A DNA stretch of 64,000 nucleotides, taken from Schmidtea polychroa (lineage: Eukaryota). A program made the translations under genes and the position numbers. This document shows positions 16,049 through 25,881 of this stretch, piece by piece. The stretch spans positions 30,692,001 through 30,756,000 of the forward strand of contig CM097885.1 in NCBI GenBank assembly GCA_044892525.1. Reading direction: 5' to 3'. The notes under the pieces were generated by a model. The model was not told the origin of the DNA and made no database searches. It saw only the letters and a list, made by a program, of their open reading frames with translations. Positions within the stretch are counted from its first letter, which is position 1; the number at the start of each line of letters is the position of its first letter.

Positions 16049-16455
16049 TTTAGATTAGAATTAGATTTTGAATTTTTAAAATTTTAAAATAATTGTGAGA
16101 AATTTTAGATTTGTCGATGTTTATAAAGAGAATGAATATTTTCCTGTCCCAGCCAATGAGAATATAGACACACACATATACACTGAATATTTTACTCTCT
16201 CAACCAATCACACGCATGCATGCATGTAATGTAAATCACTCAGAAATTACATGTGACTGCCTTTGTTAGTCATGCCTTTGTTAACTTGCACTGTGCATGC
16301 TTCAGGCATAGGTAGCCTTTATGTTACAAATAATAATATTTATTTGAATAATAATAAAATTAATTAAAAATAATAATATTTTTCACAATAATAATAATAA
16401 TAATATTAATAATAATATTAATAATAATAATATTAATAATATTAATAATAATAAT

Positions 16456-16516
<61 letters not shown>

Positions 16517-16590
16517 ATAATAACAATCACAACAACAAAGGAAAGGATACATTTATTAAACTTCAAATTTTATTAAACATTCATTTTTCT

Positions 16591-16933
16591 TTAAACATCA
16601 AATTTTTTGTACAATAACCAAGCTAAACAATGTTGACCACATGTTTGGGTCAATGGATTTTGAAACATAGTTTTATTATACACAATAGGTTTTCCCATTG
16701 TTTGTAGTTTTGATATCAACAAAGCAGGGTAATAAAAACCCATAGGATCGAACACGAATATATTACCAGGTTTCATATATATAGCTATCCAATGTTCTCC
16801 ACCAAGATGCGACGATTGAGTATTGACGATTATTGCTTGATTATTGCTCAAATATTGAATTTTATCAAGAGGAAAAACTCCAACAAATTCATTTCCCAAT
16901 ATCTGTTTTCCGATTTTATTGACCTGAACAGAA
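16591..16933 (-). CDS. adenain-like cysteine protease of outer Polinton, exon 2 (predicted exon 1 at 31426-31457)
   Basis: FVGVFPLD, GEHWIAI, FDPMG and Q...CGQHC catalytic motifs. Confidence 0.9.
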
Positions 16934-16940
16934 CTACTTA

Positions 16941-17928
16941 AGTAGTGTGTTTATATCCCTAACCAAAACAGCCCTCCCAAAAAAACATACCTCCATTACG
17001 CTTAAACCATTAGAAAAACAACCTAAAACTTATACTTTTATAGTATTTTAACCCTATATTTTGAAAACAACCACCCTTAATGGCTCTAACTGTTTTAATC
17101 TTTAAAGCCTCAAACTCAAAAGCTTCAAACTAAAAACATAAAGAGAATAGAAAAGAAAATGGTATTATGAAAAAGTTAGAGGGCTATTTTGGTTAGGGAT
17201 ATTAACACACTACTTGAGGATGTCAACTAGCAAGTTGCTATTTGACTAATTTATAATTTTATAAATCTTAATCTTGATGTCTTGAAGAATAAAAAATTTT
17301 ATGAAATAGTAAAACTGCTCTGAGAGGACAGTGGTATTTTTATTTTTTTTTTCACTGTCCTCTCAACAGTTTTTTTGATCCGGATCATTTTTTTATTCAA
17401 CCTCTTTCGTTTATCGAATCTCTTCCAATATACAAGCTGGCCAGACTCATACATCAGAATCAATTCGATAATAGCAGCACGCCTTATTATTCACTTCTCG
17501 CTCGAATACGATTTCATCGGCGTTTTAAGCGTGCTGCTCGAAAGTACAAATGAATTCGAAAGCGAATCCGAAAGAGGTCCGAAAACAACCAAGAAATAAA
17601 TGTGCACATTATGGGATCGATCCGGGGGTGTTCGAAAGACTGGTGGCGATAATTACCGGTTCGCCACCACACCCGTTTCAATAATTTTTTTTCATATTTA
17701 TGTTTAAAAAATAAAATAAATAAAAAAAAATAAAATATATAAAATAAAATAAAAATAAATAAAATAAAATATAAATCTAAGATACCTACACCATTTTCAA
17801 TATTATTTTCAAATTTTTAATATTATTTTATGTTGAAAAAAAACTAACCGTAGTTAGGATTTGAACCGCTATCTATTTGAACCACTGTGCCAGTCTAGCC
17901 CACTGCGCTATCTAGGTTTCAGATTTTT
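16941..17928 (+). repeat. left TIR of inner Polinton (~990 bp)
   Basis: Near-identical inverse of 30402-31389. Confidence 0.95.
17836..17917 (-). ncRNA. tRNA-like putative Pol III RNA gene (left TIR copy)
   Basis: Inverse copy of 30413-30494 with A box, B box and T-run. Confidence 0.55.
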
Positions 17929-17956
17929 TGTCATTTTTTAAATTTTTATTATAAAA

Positions 17957-19249
17957 ATGAATAATATAAATCTTAAAATTCAAGAAAAAAATAAATTAAA
18001 TCTTGATTATAATAAAGAATTTACTCATGAAATCAAGAAAAATGATGTACTTAAAATCTCGCCAACTTCAGGATCTATTGCAAACTTAAATCGTAGGGGT
18101 GATATAGTTTTTCAATCTCTTCAAACATCAAACCCTATAGATATTTGTAATGCTAAATTATATTATAAAATTGAATTAGAAATTGAAGCAAACAAAGATA
18201 TAACCCTAGAAAATAATTTCTTTCCAAATTTATTCAACAACATGAGATTAAAACTAGGATCATCAGAAATTGAAACTGTTTTATATCCAGGAGTATATTC
18301 TACAATGTTAAATTTTATTTTAACTGGTTGTGATTATAAAAATGAATATGGAGAATTATCAGGTTGGATTCCTGATGTTAATAAAGGTGATTTAGATAAA
18401 GATGGTTTAGATATAAATTATGGTTATTATAAAAGAGCTGAACTTTATAAATCTAAAAAATTTGAAGGTTATTTTGAATTAAAACACCTATTTGGATTCC
18501 TTCAAAACTATAACCGTATATTTCATAATGTTTTTATAGAATTAACCTGTAATAGAGTAGAAGGTGATAAAAGATTGTTCTATGGAGCTGCAGATACAAA
18601 AGCTAAATTAAAATTATCAACACTTGAATTGCATATACCTGAATGGACACTAAACCCACATTCTGAGATTAAACTCCTTGAAAGATTAAATTCCAACAAG
18701 TCTATAAATGTAAATTATTTAAATAGAATCTGTAGTGAATTTAGTATGACAGAGGGTTCAACATATTCTATAAAGGTGGCAAATTTAGCATACCGACCAA
18801 GATATATCTTGATTGGATTCAAAGAAACAGATCCATCATTTCAAAAAAATAACAATCTATTTATTCAAAAGATTGGAGATGATAATTTAAAAACAATCCA
18901 AATTCAATTAAATAGTTCTTATTATCCAATAAATAGAATGGAATTTAATATTGAAAATAATGAAAACATATTCTCATATCTAAATTATATTGAAACATGT
19001 TATGATTTCAAAGTTGAACCGCAATTAAGTTTAGAAGATTTCAAAAATTTATATTCTATATTTTGTATAAATGTTTCAGACCAAGATGATCGCCTAGCCA
19101 TAAATAATGTTGATGTTACACTTCATATAACAAAGGATTCTAATTTTAAAGCTAAAGTATATACATTAATATTAGAAGAAAAGAAAATAGAAATGAAATT
19201 ATATGGTGGAAAGATTTCAATTATTGAAAATGTTAGGGGAGATTCTTAA
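17957..19249 (+). CDS. major capsid protein (double jelly-roll) of inner Polinton
   Basis: 430 aa; NNFFPNLFNNMRLKLG..EIE, RPRYILIGF, LNSSYYP and YSIFCINVS segments typical of Polinton MCP. Confidence 0.8.
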   Translation: MNNINLKIQEKNKLNLDYNKEFTHEIKKNDVLKISPTSGSIANLNRRGDIVFQSLQTSNPIDICNAKLYYKIELEIEANKDITLENNFFPNLFNNMRLKLGSSEIETVLYPGVYSTMLNFILTGCDYKNEYGELSGWIPDVNKGDLDKDGLDINYGYYKRAELYKSKKFEGYFELKHLFGFLQNYNRIFHNVFIELTCNRVEGDKRLFYGAADTKAKLKLSTLELHIPEWTLNPHSEIKLLERLNSNKSINVNYLNRICSEFSMTEGSTYSIKVANLAYRPRYILIGFKETDPSFQKNNNLFIQKIGDDNLKTIQIQLNSSYYPINRMEFNIENNENIFSYLNYIETCYDFKVEPQLSLEDFKNLYSIFCINVSDQDDRLAINNVDVTLHITKDSNFKAKVYTLILEEKKIEMKLYGGKISIIENVRGDS

Positions 19250-19266
19250 TATTTTAACATTTTAAA

Positions 19267-20649
19267 ATGTCTTTAAATAAACCCTATTGGAGATGTGAAA
19301 CATGTAATTGTCAAGTTACAAGACATCATAAAGCAAGTCATTTAAAAACTAAAAAACATATAGGAGTCGATATTACACGAACAGGAGGTGACATGCAATC
19401 TTCAAAAACAACATCTTCAATATTAAAACCTTTTACTACAGAAAAATATCCAGGTGAAAGACATTTATTTAAACACAACTATACTGGACCAGGAACAAGA
19501 TTAGATATTAGATTAGATGAAAATAATAATCCTAAACAAGGAGAAGAACCAATAAATAGAATTGATCAAGCAGCTTTAAAACATGATATTGCTTACAACT
19601 CAGAAGATCTTAGAGATAGACATGTTGCAGATGTGAATTTAATACATGATTTAAATAGTATCCAAAATCCATCAACCCAAGAAAAGATTCAAAGTGCTCT
19701 AGTTAAATTAGCAATGAAAGGTAAAATCTTTTTTGGAGCCGGACTTCCTAGAATAGCAAAAGATGTTGCTAATAAAAAGATCCTCGAACAAGCAGACATT
19801 GAAAGATCCCTCGAGAATATATCCAAGACTAGTTTACAAACCCAAACAGAATCAGAAATAAAATATGCCAACGAATTGCACCATGAATTTAGAAAAAATA
19901 AAAAATATTTAAAAGTTCAAGTACATGAAAAAGATCAAACATGGTCTGCAGATTTAGTCTTTATGCCAACCAAATCATCAGACCCTGAAAAATATAAAAT
20001 AATTTTAACAGTAATAGATTTATATACAAGATTTGCTTTTGCAAGATGTTTAGAAAATAAAACAGGATATTCTATTACAGAAGCATTTGAAAATATATTT
20101 GAACAATATCAAAGAATTCCAAAATATTTATGGTGTGATAAAGGAACAGAATTTTATAACAAAGTTTTTACAAAGTTTTTAAATGAAAATGATATTAAAT
20201 TATATTCAACAGAAAACGAAGGAAAAGCAGTTGTGGTTGAAAGATTAAATAGAACATTAAAAAATAAAATGTGGAAATATTTTACTGCTATTGGAAAACA
20301 AAAATGGAACAATGAATTGTTACAAAAGATTGTAAATGAATATAATAATGATGTACATAGTTCTATAAAATCAACACCTTTAAATGCTTCCTTGAATCCT
20401 TTGGAACTCATGAATCCTGTTGAAAATGATGTTATTGAAAAACCAAAGTTTAAAATTGGTGAACGAGTAAGAATATTTAAATACAAAAATAAATTTGAAA
20501 AAGGATTCACAGCAAAATGGACAAATGAAATTTTTATTATAAATAAAATACATTATACAACTCCAATAACATATAGCATCATTGATTTAAATAATGAAAA
20601 AATATTAGGTAGATTTTATAATAATGAGTTACAGAAAACAGATTTTTAA
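19267..20649 (+). CDS. zinc finger - parvovirus-type PLA2 - retroviral-like integrase fusion
   Basis: CETC...H...H finger; NYTGPGT...RIDQAALKHDIAY PLA2 motif; WSADL, CDKGTEF and VERLNRTLK DDE motifs. Confidence 0.9.
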   Translation: MSLNKPYWRCETCNCQVTRHHKASHLKTKKHIGVDITRTGGDMQSSKTTSSILKPFTTEKYPGERHLFKHNYTGPGTRLDIRLDENNNPKQGEEPINRIDQAALKHDIAYNSEDLRDRHVADVNLIHDLNSIQNPSTQEKIQSALVKLAMKGKIFFGAGLPRIAKDVANKKILEQADIERSLENISKTSLQTQTESEIKYANELHHEFRKNKKYLKVQVHEKDQTWSADLVFMPTKSSDPEKYKIILTVIDLYTRFAFARCLENKTGYSITEAFENIFEQYQRIPKYLWCDKGTEFYNKVFTKFLNENDIKLYSTENEGKAVVVERLNRTLKNKMWKYFTAIGKQKWNNELLQKIVNEYNNDVHSSIKSTPLNASLNPLELMNPVENDVIEKPKFKIGERVRIFKYKNKFEKGFTAKWTNEIFIINKIHYTTPITYSIIDLNNEKILGRFYNNELQKTDF

Positions 20650-20660
20650 GTCGACAAGCC

Positions 20661-21455
20661 CTAAAACAAACTTTTCCATATTTCAGCTTCTTCTCTATCC
20701 AAATAAATATAATTATATTTTTCTCTCCAATGATTATCAACAAACATATCAAACATATTCTTATCAGGTTCAACATTTGAAAATAAATCATTATAAATCA
20801 TATTCTTATCACGGCGATCTAATTTAAAAAATATAAAACAATTGGAATTATTTTTTATTGAATTTTTATCTAAAGCATAATATGTTTGAGATATATAAAT
20901 AACATTACAATTATTATGTCTTCCTCTTGTAAAGTAACTCTTTTGGATCTCTTGATTTTTCATGTTGACAACATCATCAAATATAACTAGATTCTTTTTA
21001 TCTTTAGGAAGTAAATCACAATGTAAAACATCTTCAGGTTTATTAGAGAATAAAACTTGAATTGCTTGCCCCTCCCTCTCTTCACAAATATAATCATTTT
21101 TATTACTAATATCTGATTCTAAAATCATTTCCTTATACCAATCAACCATATCACAAGGTTGAAAAACTTCTTCAGGACATCTATGTTGATTTTTAAAAAT
21201 ATCAATTATTGCTTTTTTAGTTAATTTATTTTCAAATCCACATTTCAAAAGTTGTAATTCTGGTTGATTTATGGTTGTAGAGTAAAAGATTAAATTATTA
21301 TAATCTAAAAAATCATCTTCAAGCAACATCCTCAAAAGAAGTACATTCTTTCCACATCCAGAAGAACCAACAATTAATAATCTAAAATTATCAGGAAATA
21401 CTTTATTATTAAATTTACTCTTATGTCTATTTAAAATTGGTTTCCAAATATCCAT
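20661..21455 (-). CDS. A32/FtsK-like packaging ATPase of inner Polinton
   Basis: Walker A GSSGCGKN, Walker B LVIFDD, TRGRHNN...ISQTY. Confidence 0.92.
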   Translation of the reverse strand: MDIWKPILNRHKSKFNNKVFPDNFRLLIVGSSGCGKNVLLLRMLLEDDFLDYNNLIFYSTTINQPELQLLKCGFENKLTKKAIIDIFKNQHRCPEEVFQPCDMVDWYKEMILESDISNKNDYICEEREGQAIQVLFSNKPEDVLHCDLLPKDKKNLVIFDDVVNMKNQEIQKSYFTRGRHNNCNVIYISQTYYALDKNSIKNNSNCFIFFKLDRRDKNMIYNDLFSNVEPDKNMFDMFVDNHWREKYNYIYLDREEAEIWKSLF

Positions 21456-21470
21456 TTTATTTATTATAAA

Positions 21471-22013
21471 ATGACAACTGAAGAATCTTTGCAAGAATTA
21501 ATAAATTCAAATAAAAATAAATCAGTAGTAATTGATGGTAAAAAATATTTTATTGGAAAACATGTAAAAGAACAAGTTAAAGAACGTATTAGAGAAGGTG
21601 GCATTCTTCCATTAGCTGCTTTAATACCTGCAATCATTGCTGCTTTATCAGGTGCTGCTGGAATAGCTGGAGGAATTGCAACTACAGTTCAAAAAGCTAA
21701 AGAATCTCAAAAGACAGACCTTGAAAAAGAAAAACTACAAACTGAAATCGAGAAAATGAAGGTAGGGCAAGCTAAAGGAAAATGTCTTAATCCATATCAG
21801 GGCAAAGGTCTCTATCTTGATCCATATAAAGGCAGAGGTTTAAATGATTTTTTAAAAAATCAAATTTCAACATCTGAATCTTTATCATCAAAAGATAAAG
21901 ATGATTTTAAAAAAATATGTAAATCTTTAAAGAATGGGTGTATTTGTAAAATTGGAGGAACTCCACAGAATAGTGGTAAAGGATTGTATTTAAAACCTTG
22001 GAAGGAACAATGA
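21471..22013 (+). CDS. virion core/membrane-active precursor-like protein
   Basis: REGG|ILPLAALIPAIIAAL hydrophobic helix and repeated GKGLYL motifs resembling adenain sites. Confidence 0.6.
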   Translation: MTTEESLQELINSNKNKSVVIDGKKYFIGKHVKEQVKERIREGGILPLAALIPAIIAALSGAAGIAGGIATTVQKAKESQKTDLEKEKLQTEIEKMKVGQAKGKCLNPYQGKGLYLDPYKGRGLNDFLKNQISTSESLSSKDKDDFKKICKSLKNGCICKIGGTPQNSGKGLYLKPWKEQ

Positions 22014-22035
22014 TACCATTTTTAATACCATTAAA

Positions 22036-22875
22036 ATGGTATATGAAGAAAGATTAGCACTTTTAAAAAAATTACAATCAGAACAAAACAAGTATAATAA
22101 AAAAGATACAACTCAACAAACTGAATCTATAATATTAAATGAGGTAATCCAACAACAACAAGGACCAACAATTAAAGCTATAGAGAGACTTAAAACTATA
22201 GAAGCTCCTCTAACCCCCGAACATAAAGCTATAGAAGCCCCTAGAAAGGAATTACTAAGATTAGTAGGAAAAAAACGTAGAAATAATATTGATTTAGAAG
22301 AAGATGAATTTCTTTCAAGATTAACACCTCATAAGACTCCAATTAATTTTAAAATTAATACATCACTAGCTCCATCAATTATACCTACTATAGGTTATGA
22401 TCCTAGAGGTTTTCAAACAATAACAATTAATAATCAAAAATTTTATATATATTTAAATTCAGAAAATAATCCATCGATTATTTCAACAAATACTTTTATG
22501 AATAGAGAGCGTGTTGACATTGAACTTTCAGATGATTTTCATGGATTAATTTCTGGATATATTCCAGATGGTGTCAAGAATGAAGAAATTGATAAATATT
22601 TAAACTTAATAAAATTAATAAATGGTAGCCCTAAAGCAAAACATATTCAAGATTTAAAGAAATATAAAGATAGAGATAAAACAGGCCCTCAAATTCAAAT
22701 CATTGAAGGAGAAGGCCTCAACCCTATAAATCTTTTTATTGAATTAAGAAAACTATTAGCAGCTAAAAAAGCAGGACATAATAATTTAGATTCTGATATT
22801 TTAAAGATTTCTAAAGATTTGTTAAAACAAGGAATAATTTCAAAAGATAAATTTAATAAGTATACGAAGTTATAA
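22036..22875 (+). CDS. conserved Polinton hypothetical protein
   Basis: 279-aa ORF with GEGL and LLAAKKAGHNN C-terminal motif. Confidence 0.6.
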   Translation: MVYEERLALLKKLQSEQNKYNKKDTTQQTESIILNEVIQQQQGPTIKAIERLKTIEAPLTPEHKAIEAPRKELLRLVGKKRRNNIDLEEDEFLSRLTPHKTPINFKINTSLAPSIIPTIGYDPRGFQTITINNQKFYIYLNSENNPSIISTNTFMNRERVDIELSDDFHGLISGYIPDGVKNEEIDKYLNLIKLINGSPKAKHIQDLKKYKDRDKTGPQIQIIEGEGLNPINLFIELRKLLAAKKAGHNNLDSDILKISKDLLKQGIISKDKFNKYTKL

Positions 22876-22897
22876 ATACGAAGTTATAAAATACAAA

Positions 22898-23338
22898 ATG
22901 GCTTCAATATTAGATTTTTTAAAAACATTTGGAATAAATGCAAAAACAAATTTTGATTTAAAAGATTATGCAGATTATTTAAATTTAAAAATTAAAATAT
23001 TAATGAACGATGAATTATATAAAATTGGAGGTACTCCCCTTAGACGAAGTCCCCAGAATATAATAATCAATTATCAAAATTCAAATGAGAAAGGATCTCA
23101 TTGGGTTTGTATATATAATAAATCTATATACTTTGATTCTTTTGGGATTAAACCCACTAAAGAAGTTGAAGATTATCTCTCGGACTACACTTTTAATTCT
23201 TTACAAGTTCAACCTAATAATACTAAAATATGTGGTATTTTAAGCTTATATGTTTTGTATAGATTGAATAAATCTAAAGGAGAAGGTTTCACTTCCTTAA
23301 TCCAAGAAATTTATAATGATTTAAAATCTTTACTATGA
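22898..23338 (+). CDS. adenain-like cysteine protease of inner Polinton
   Basis: GSHWVC, YFDSFG and Q...CG motifs. Confidence 0.9.
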   Translation: MASILDFLKTFGINAKTNFDLKDYADYLNLKIKILMNDELYKIGGTPLRRSPQNIIINYQNSNEKGSHWVCIYNKSIYFDSFGIKPTKEVEDYLSDYTFNSLQVQPNNTKICGILSLYVLYRLNKSKGEGFTSLIQEIYNDLKSLL

Positions 23339-24167
23339 AAATGGAGCTTCGCAACCTTCCGGAAGATTATTTAAAAAAAATAGCAAACATAATGTCACAT
23401 AAATATTCAAGAAGTTTATTAATAAATTCAAAAGAATCAGATTTTACTATAAATTTTGAAGATTCAATAAATTTAGATCAAGATTTAAATTATGAATTAG
23501 GATTCTTGTGGTTTAGCTGTTTTAATACTATTTTTAATATAAATAATAATAATAATAAATTTATTATATTTAAGAGTGATAATAGAAACCCCCTTTTGTT
23601 TCATTTATTCTCCCTAGTATATTGGAAAATAGTGAATATGAAAAGATTACTTCTAAGGAATACACCATTATAACAATCGAACCAGGATCATATGAAATAA
23701 CAGATTTAGCTAAAACAATTTTAAAAGAAACAAATGGAGAAGTAGAAATAAAAGCAGATATTCAAACTTCAAAATGTATTACAACTTTAAAAAATGTTGG
23801 ACTTGGTGTTACTACTTCTAGTTTCTTTCATAATATTTTAGGTTTTGAAGTCAAAGAATATCCACCATCAACCATTAAATCTAAAAATATTATACAATTA
23901 ACAAATACAAATTCTATAAATATAGAGTGTGATTGTATAATGGGATCATACATTAATGGTAAACATGCAAATATTTTATATTCCTTTCCTTCTAATACCG
24001 TGCGAGTTGGATATAAAATAGTTGAAAGAATGAATCCCCCAAATTATTTACCTTTATGCAGAAAAAATATAATGGATATTAGTTTTAGAATTGTTGATGA
24101 AAATGGGGAATTAATTAATTTTAATGGAGAAAATATTTCAATGTGTTTACATTTGAAACAAGTCTAG
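23335..24167 (+). CDS. minor capsid (penton-like) protein, split into two frames near 23575-23620
   Basis: DFTINFEDSINL, IEPGSYEI, INIECDCI.GSYING and ISFRIVDENGELINFNGE motifs. Confidence 0.75.
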
Positions 24168-24190
24168 ATTTTATTTTTATTACTATAAAA

Positions 24191-25174
24191 ATGAATTATG
24201 CTAGTTATAATAAGTTTGGATTATATAATGATGGATTAAAAGATGAAGATGTTATATCTCTTACAGAAAAGAGATATGTCAATGAAAGAGGTGATTCAAT
24301 GAAAGGAGATTTAATTTTAAATGGACACAAGATAAAAGATTTATCTTTTCCAACTGATGATTCTGATGCAGTTAATAAAAAATATACTGATTTAACAACA
24401 ACAAGAATTGAAAGTTTATTAGCAACAAAAATTGATTCAATAGAATCAAAGCTTAATAATATCGAACAACGATTTAATGATAAATTTGACAAGTTACAAA
24501 GTCTGTTAACTGAACAAGTTGTAAAGTTAAATACTAGCATATTAAATTCTAAAGATAAACAAATTATGAATACTAAATTTAATACAATATATAATATAAT
24601 AAATGAGATGATTACATCATTTAATAAAAGAATTTCAAATTTAGAGTCTCATGGAACACACATTAACACCACACATAGTATTAGAAAAAGAGCTGCTGAA
24701 TTAGAACAAAATAAAACATTATTACCCCATACATATAAACATTTTATAGAACCAAGTTTAATAACAACAAACAGTAAAGAATGGGGTGTTTTTATGGTTG
24801 TAAAGATTATTGATCCTTATTTCTTTTTGTTTGATGATAATAATGAAAGAATGAAATGGTTTGTGAAATGTGATTATAATAGTAAGCTTGAAAAGGGTGA
24901 TGTTATAATGACTAGTTATGATTTACCACACGGAGATTGGTATGTTAATACTCATTCACATGGACTACATAAAGTTAAAAGTAAGAATATTATTTTTAAA
25001 AGCACACTTGTACAATATATAGATTTAATATTTTATGAAAAAAAGTTTGATGTTGATGAAGTTCGTAAAGCATTGAGAGAATTGTATAAAGATATCCTCT
25101 CAACAAGAGTTTCTTTTGATATCCGAGTATTGGTGCCAGATGGTGCTCAGAAGAATAAAGTCTTATTTTTTTAA
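24191..25174 (+). CDS. putative fibre/spike-like protein
   Basis: MKGDLILNGHKIKDL..P....DAVNKKY tail-fibre-like repeat followed by a coiled coil. Confidence 0.5.
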   Translation: MNYASYNKFGLYNDGLKDEDVISLTEKRYVNERGDSMKGDLILNGHKIKDLSFPTDDSDAVNKKYTDLTTTRIESLLATKIDSIESKLNNIEQRFNDKFDKLQSLLTEQVVKLNTSILNSKDKQIMNTKFNTIYNIINEMITSFNKRISNLESHGTHINTTHSIRKRAAELEQNKTLLPHTYKHFIEPSLITTNSKEWGVFMVVKIIDPYFFLFDDNNERMKWFVKCDYNSKLEKGDVIMTSYDLPHGDWYVNTHSHGLHKVKSKNIIFKSTLVQYIDLIFYEKKFDVDEVRKALRELYKDILSTRVSFDIRVLVPDGAQKNKVLFF

Positions 25175-25182
25175 TTATTAAA

Positions 25183-25812
25183 ATGGAAGAAGTAAGAGAA
25201 GAAAAAATTTACCCAGAATTGAGATCATCAGGATATTATTCTTCCAAGGCCTCGGCTCCCACAGAACTTGAAATTATGAGAGTAAAAGAATTTAAATCAG
25301 AAACCTTACATTTACAAGATTTATTAAAGCATTATAAAAAAATTAAAAATAGATGGAATAAAGGGAATACAGTTTTAAAAGTTATAGGTTATTCTTTAGG
25401 ATTTGCATCTGCAATATTAACAGTTATTTTACCCATAACTTTACCAGTTGTTACTCTTTATTTTTTTTTGCACCTGTAATACTTGGAAGTATTTCTGTAG
25501 CTGATGGTTTCTTAACTGAAATAGTTTCATTATCTTATACTTCTAAAAAGAAAAGTTTATATCGTGAAGTTTGTTTATCAATAGAATTAGGAATCTCTAA
25601 ATTATTTTTATTTCAATTAAAAGCTTTAGAAGATGGAATCTTAACTGATGATGAAATAATGAAATCAAATCAAATAATACAAGATATTAAAAATGAGGTT
25701 ATAAGATTAAAAAGTGCTAATGTTATAAGTAATGAATATTCTAAAAAAATTAAACGAGAAAAATGGTTAAAGAATTCTTACTTATAAAATGGATGAATTT
25801 TTAAAAAAGTAG
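25183..25812 (+). pseudogene. Polinton transmembrane protein, frameshifted near 25465
   Basis: IYPEL...HYKKIKNRW then hydrophobic helices; reading continues in another frame after a T-run. Confidence 0.5.
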
Positions 25813-25881
25813 ATCAAGTTGCTATAGTTGCTTAAATTAATTGTCGACATTTTATTATTAAAAAATTAAATATCGTTGGTT

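Noticed and set aside
17375..17599. 74-aa and 102-aa TIR ORFs (also 30724-31032)
   Set aside because: No ATG in the 74-aa frame and no recognisable motif; duplication is explained by the TIR
23575..23618. Intron joining the two inner penton frames
   Set aside because: The obvious GT...CCCTAG pair does not restore the frame; treated as a frameshift
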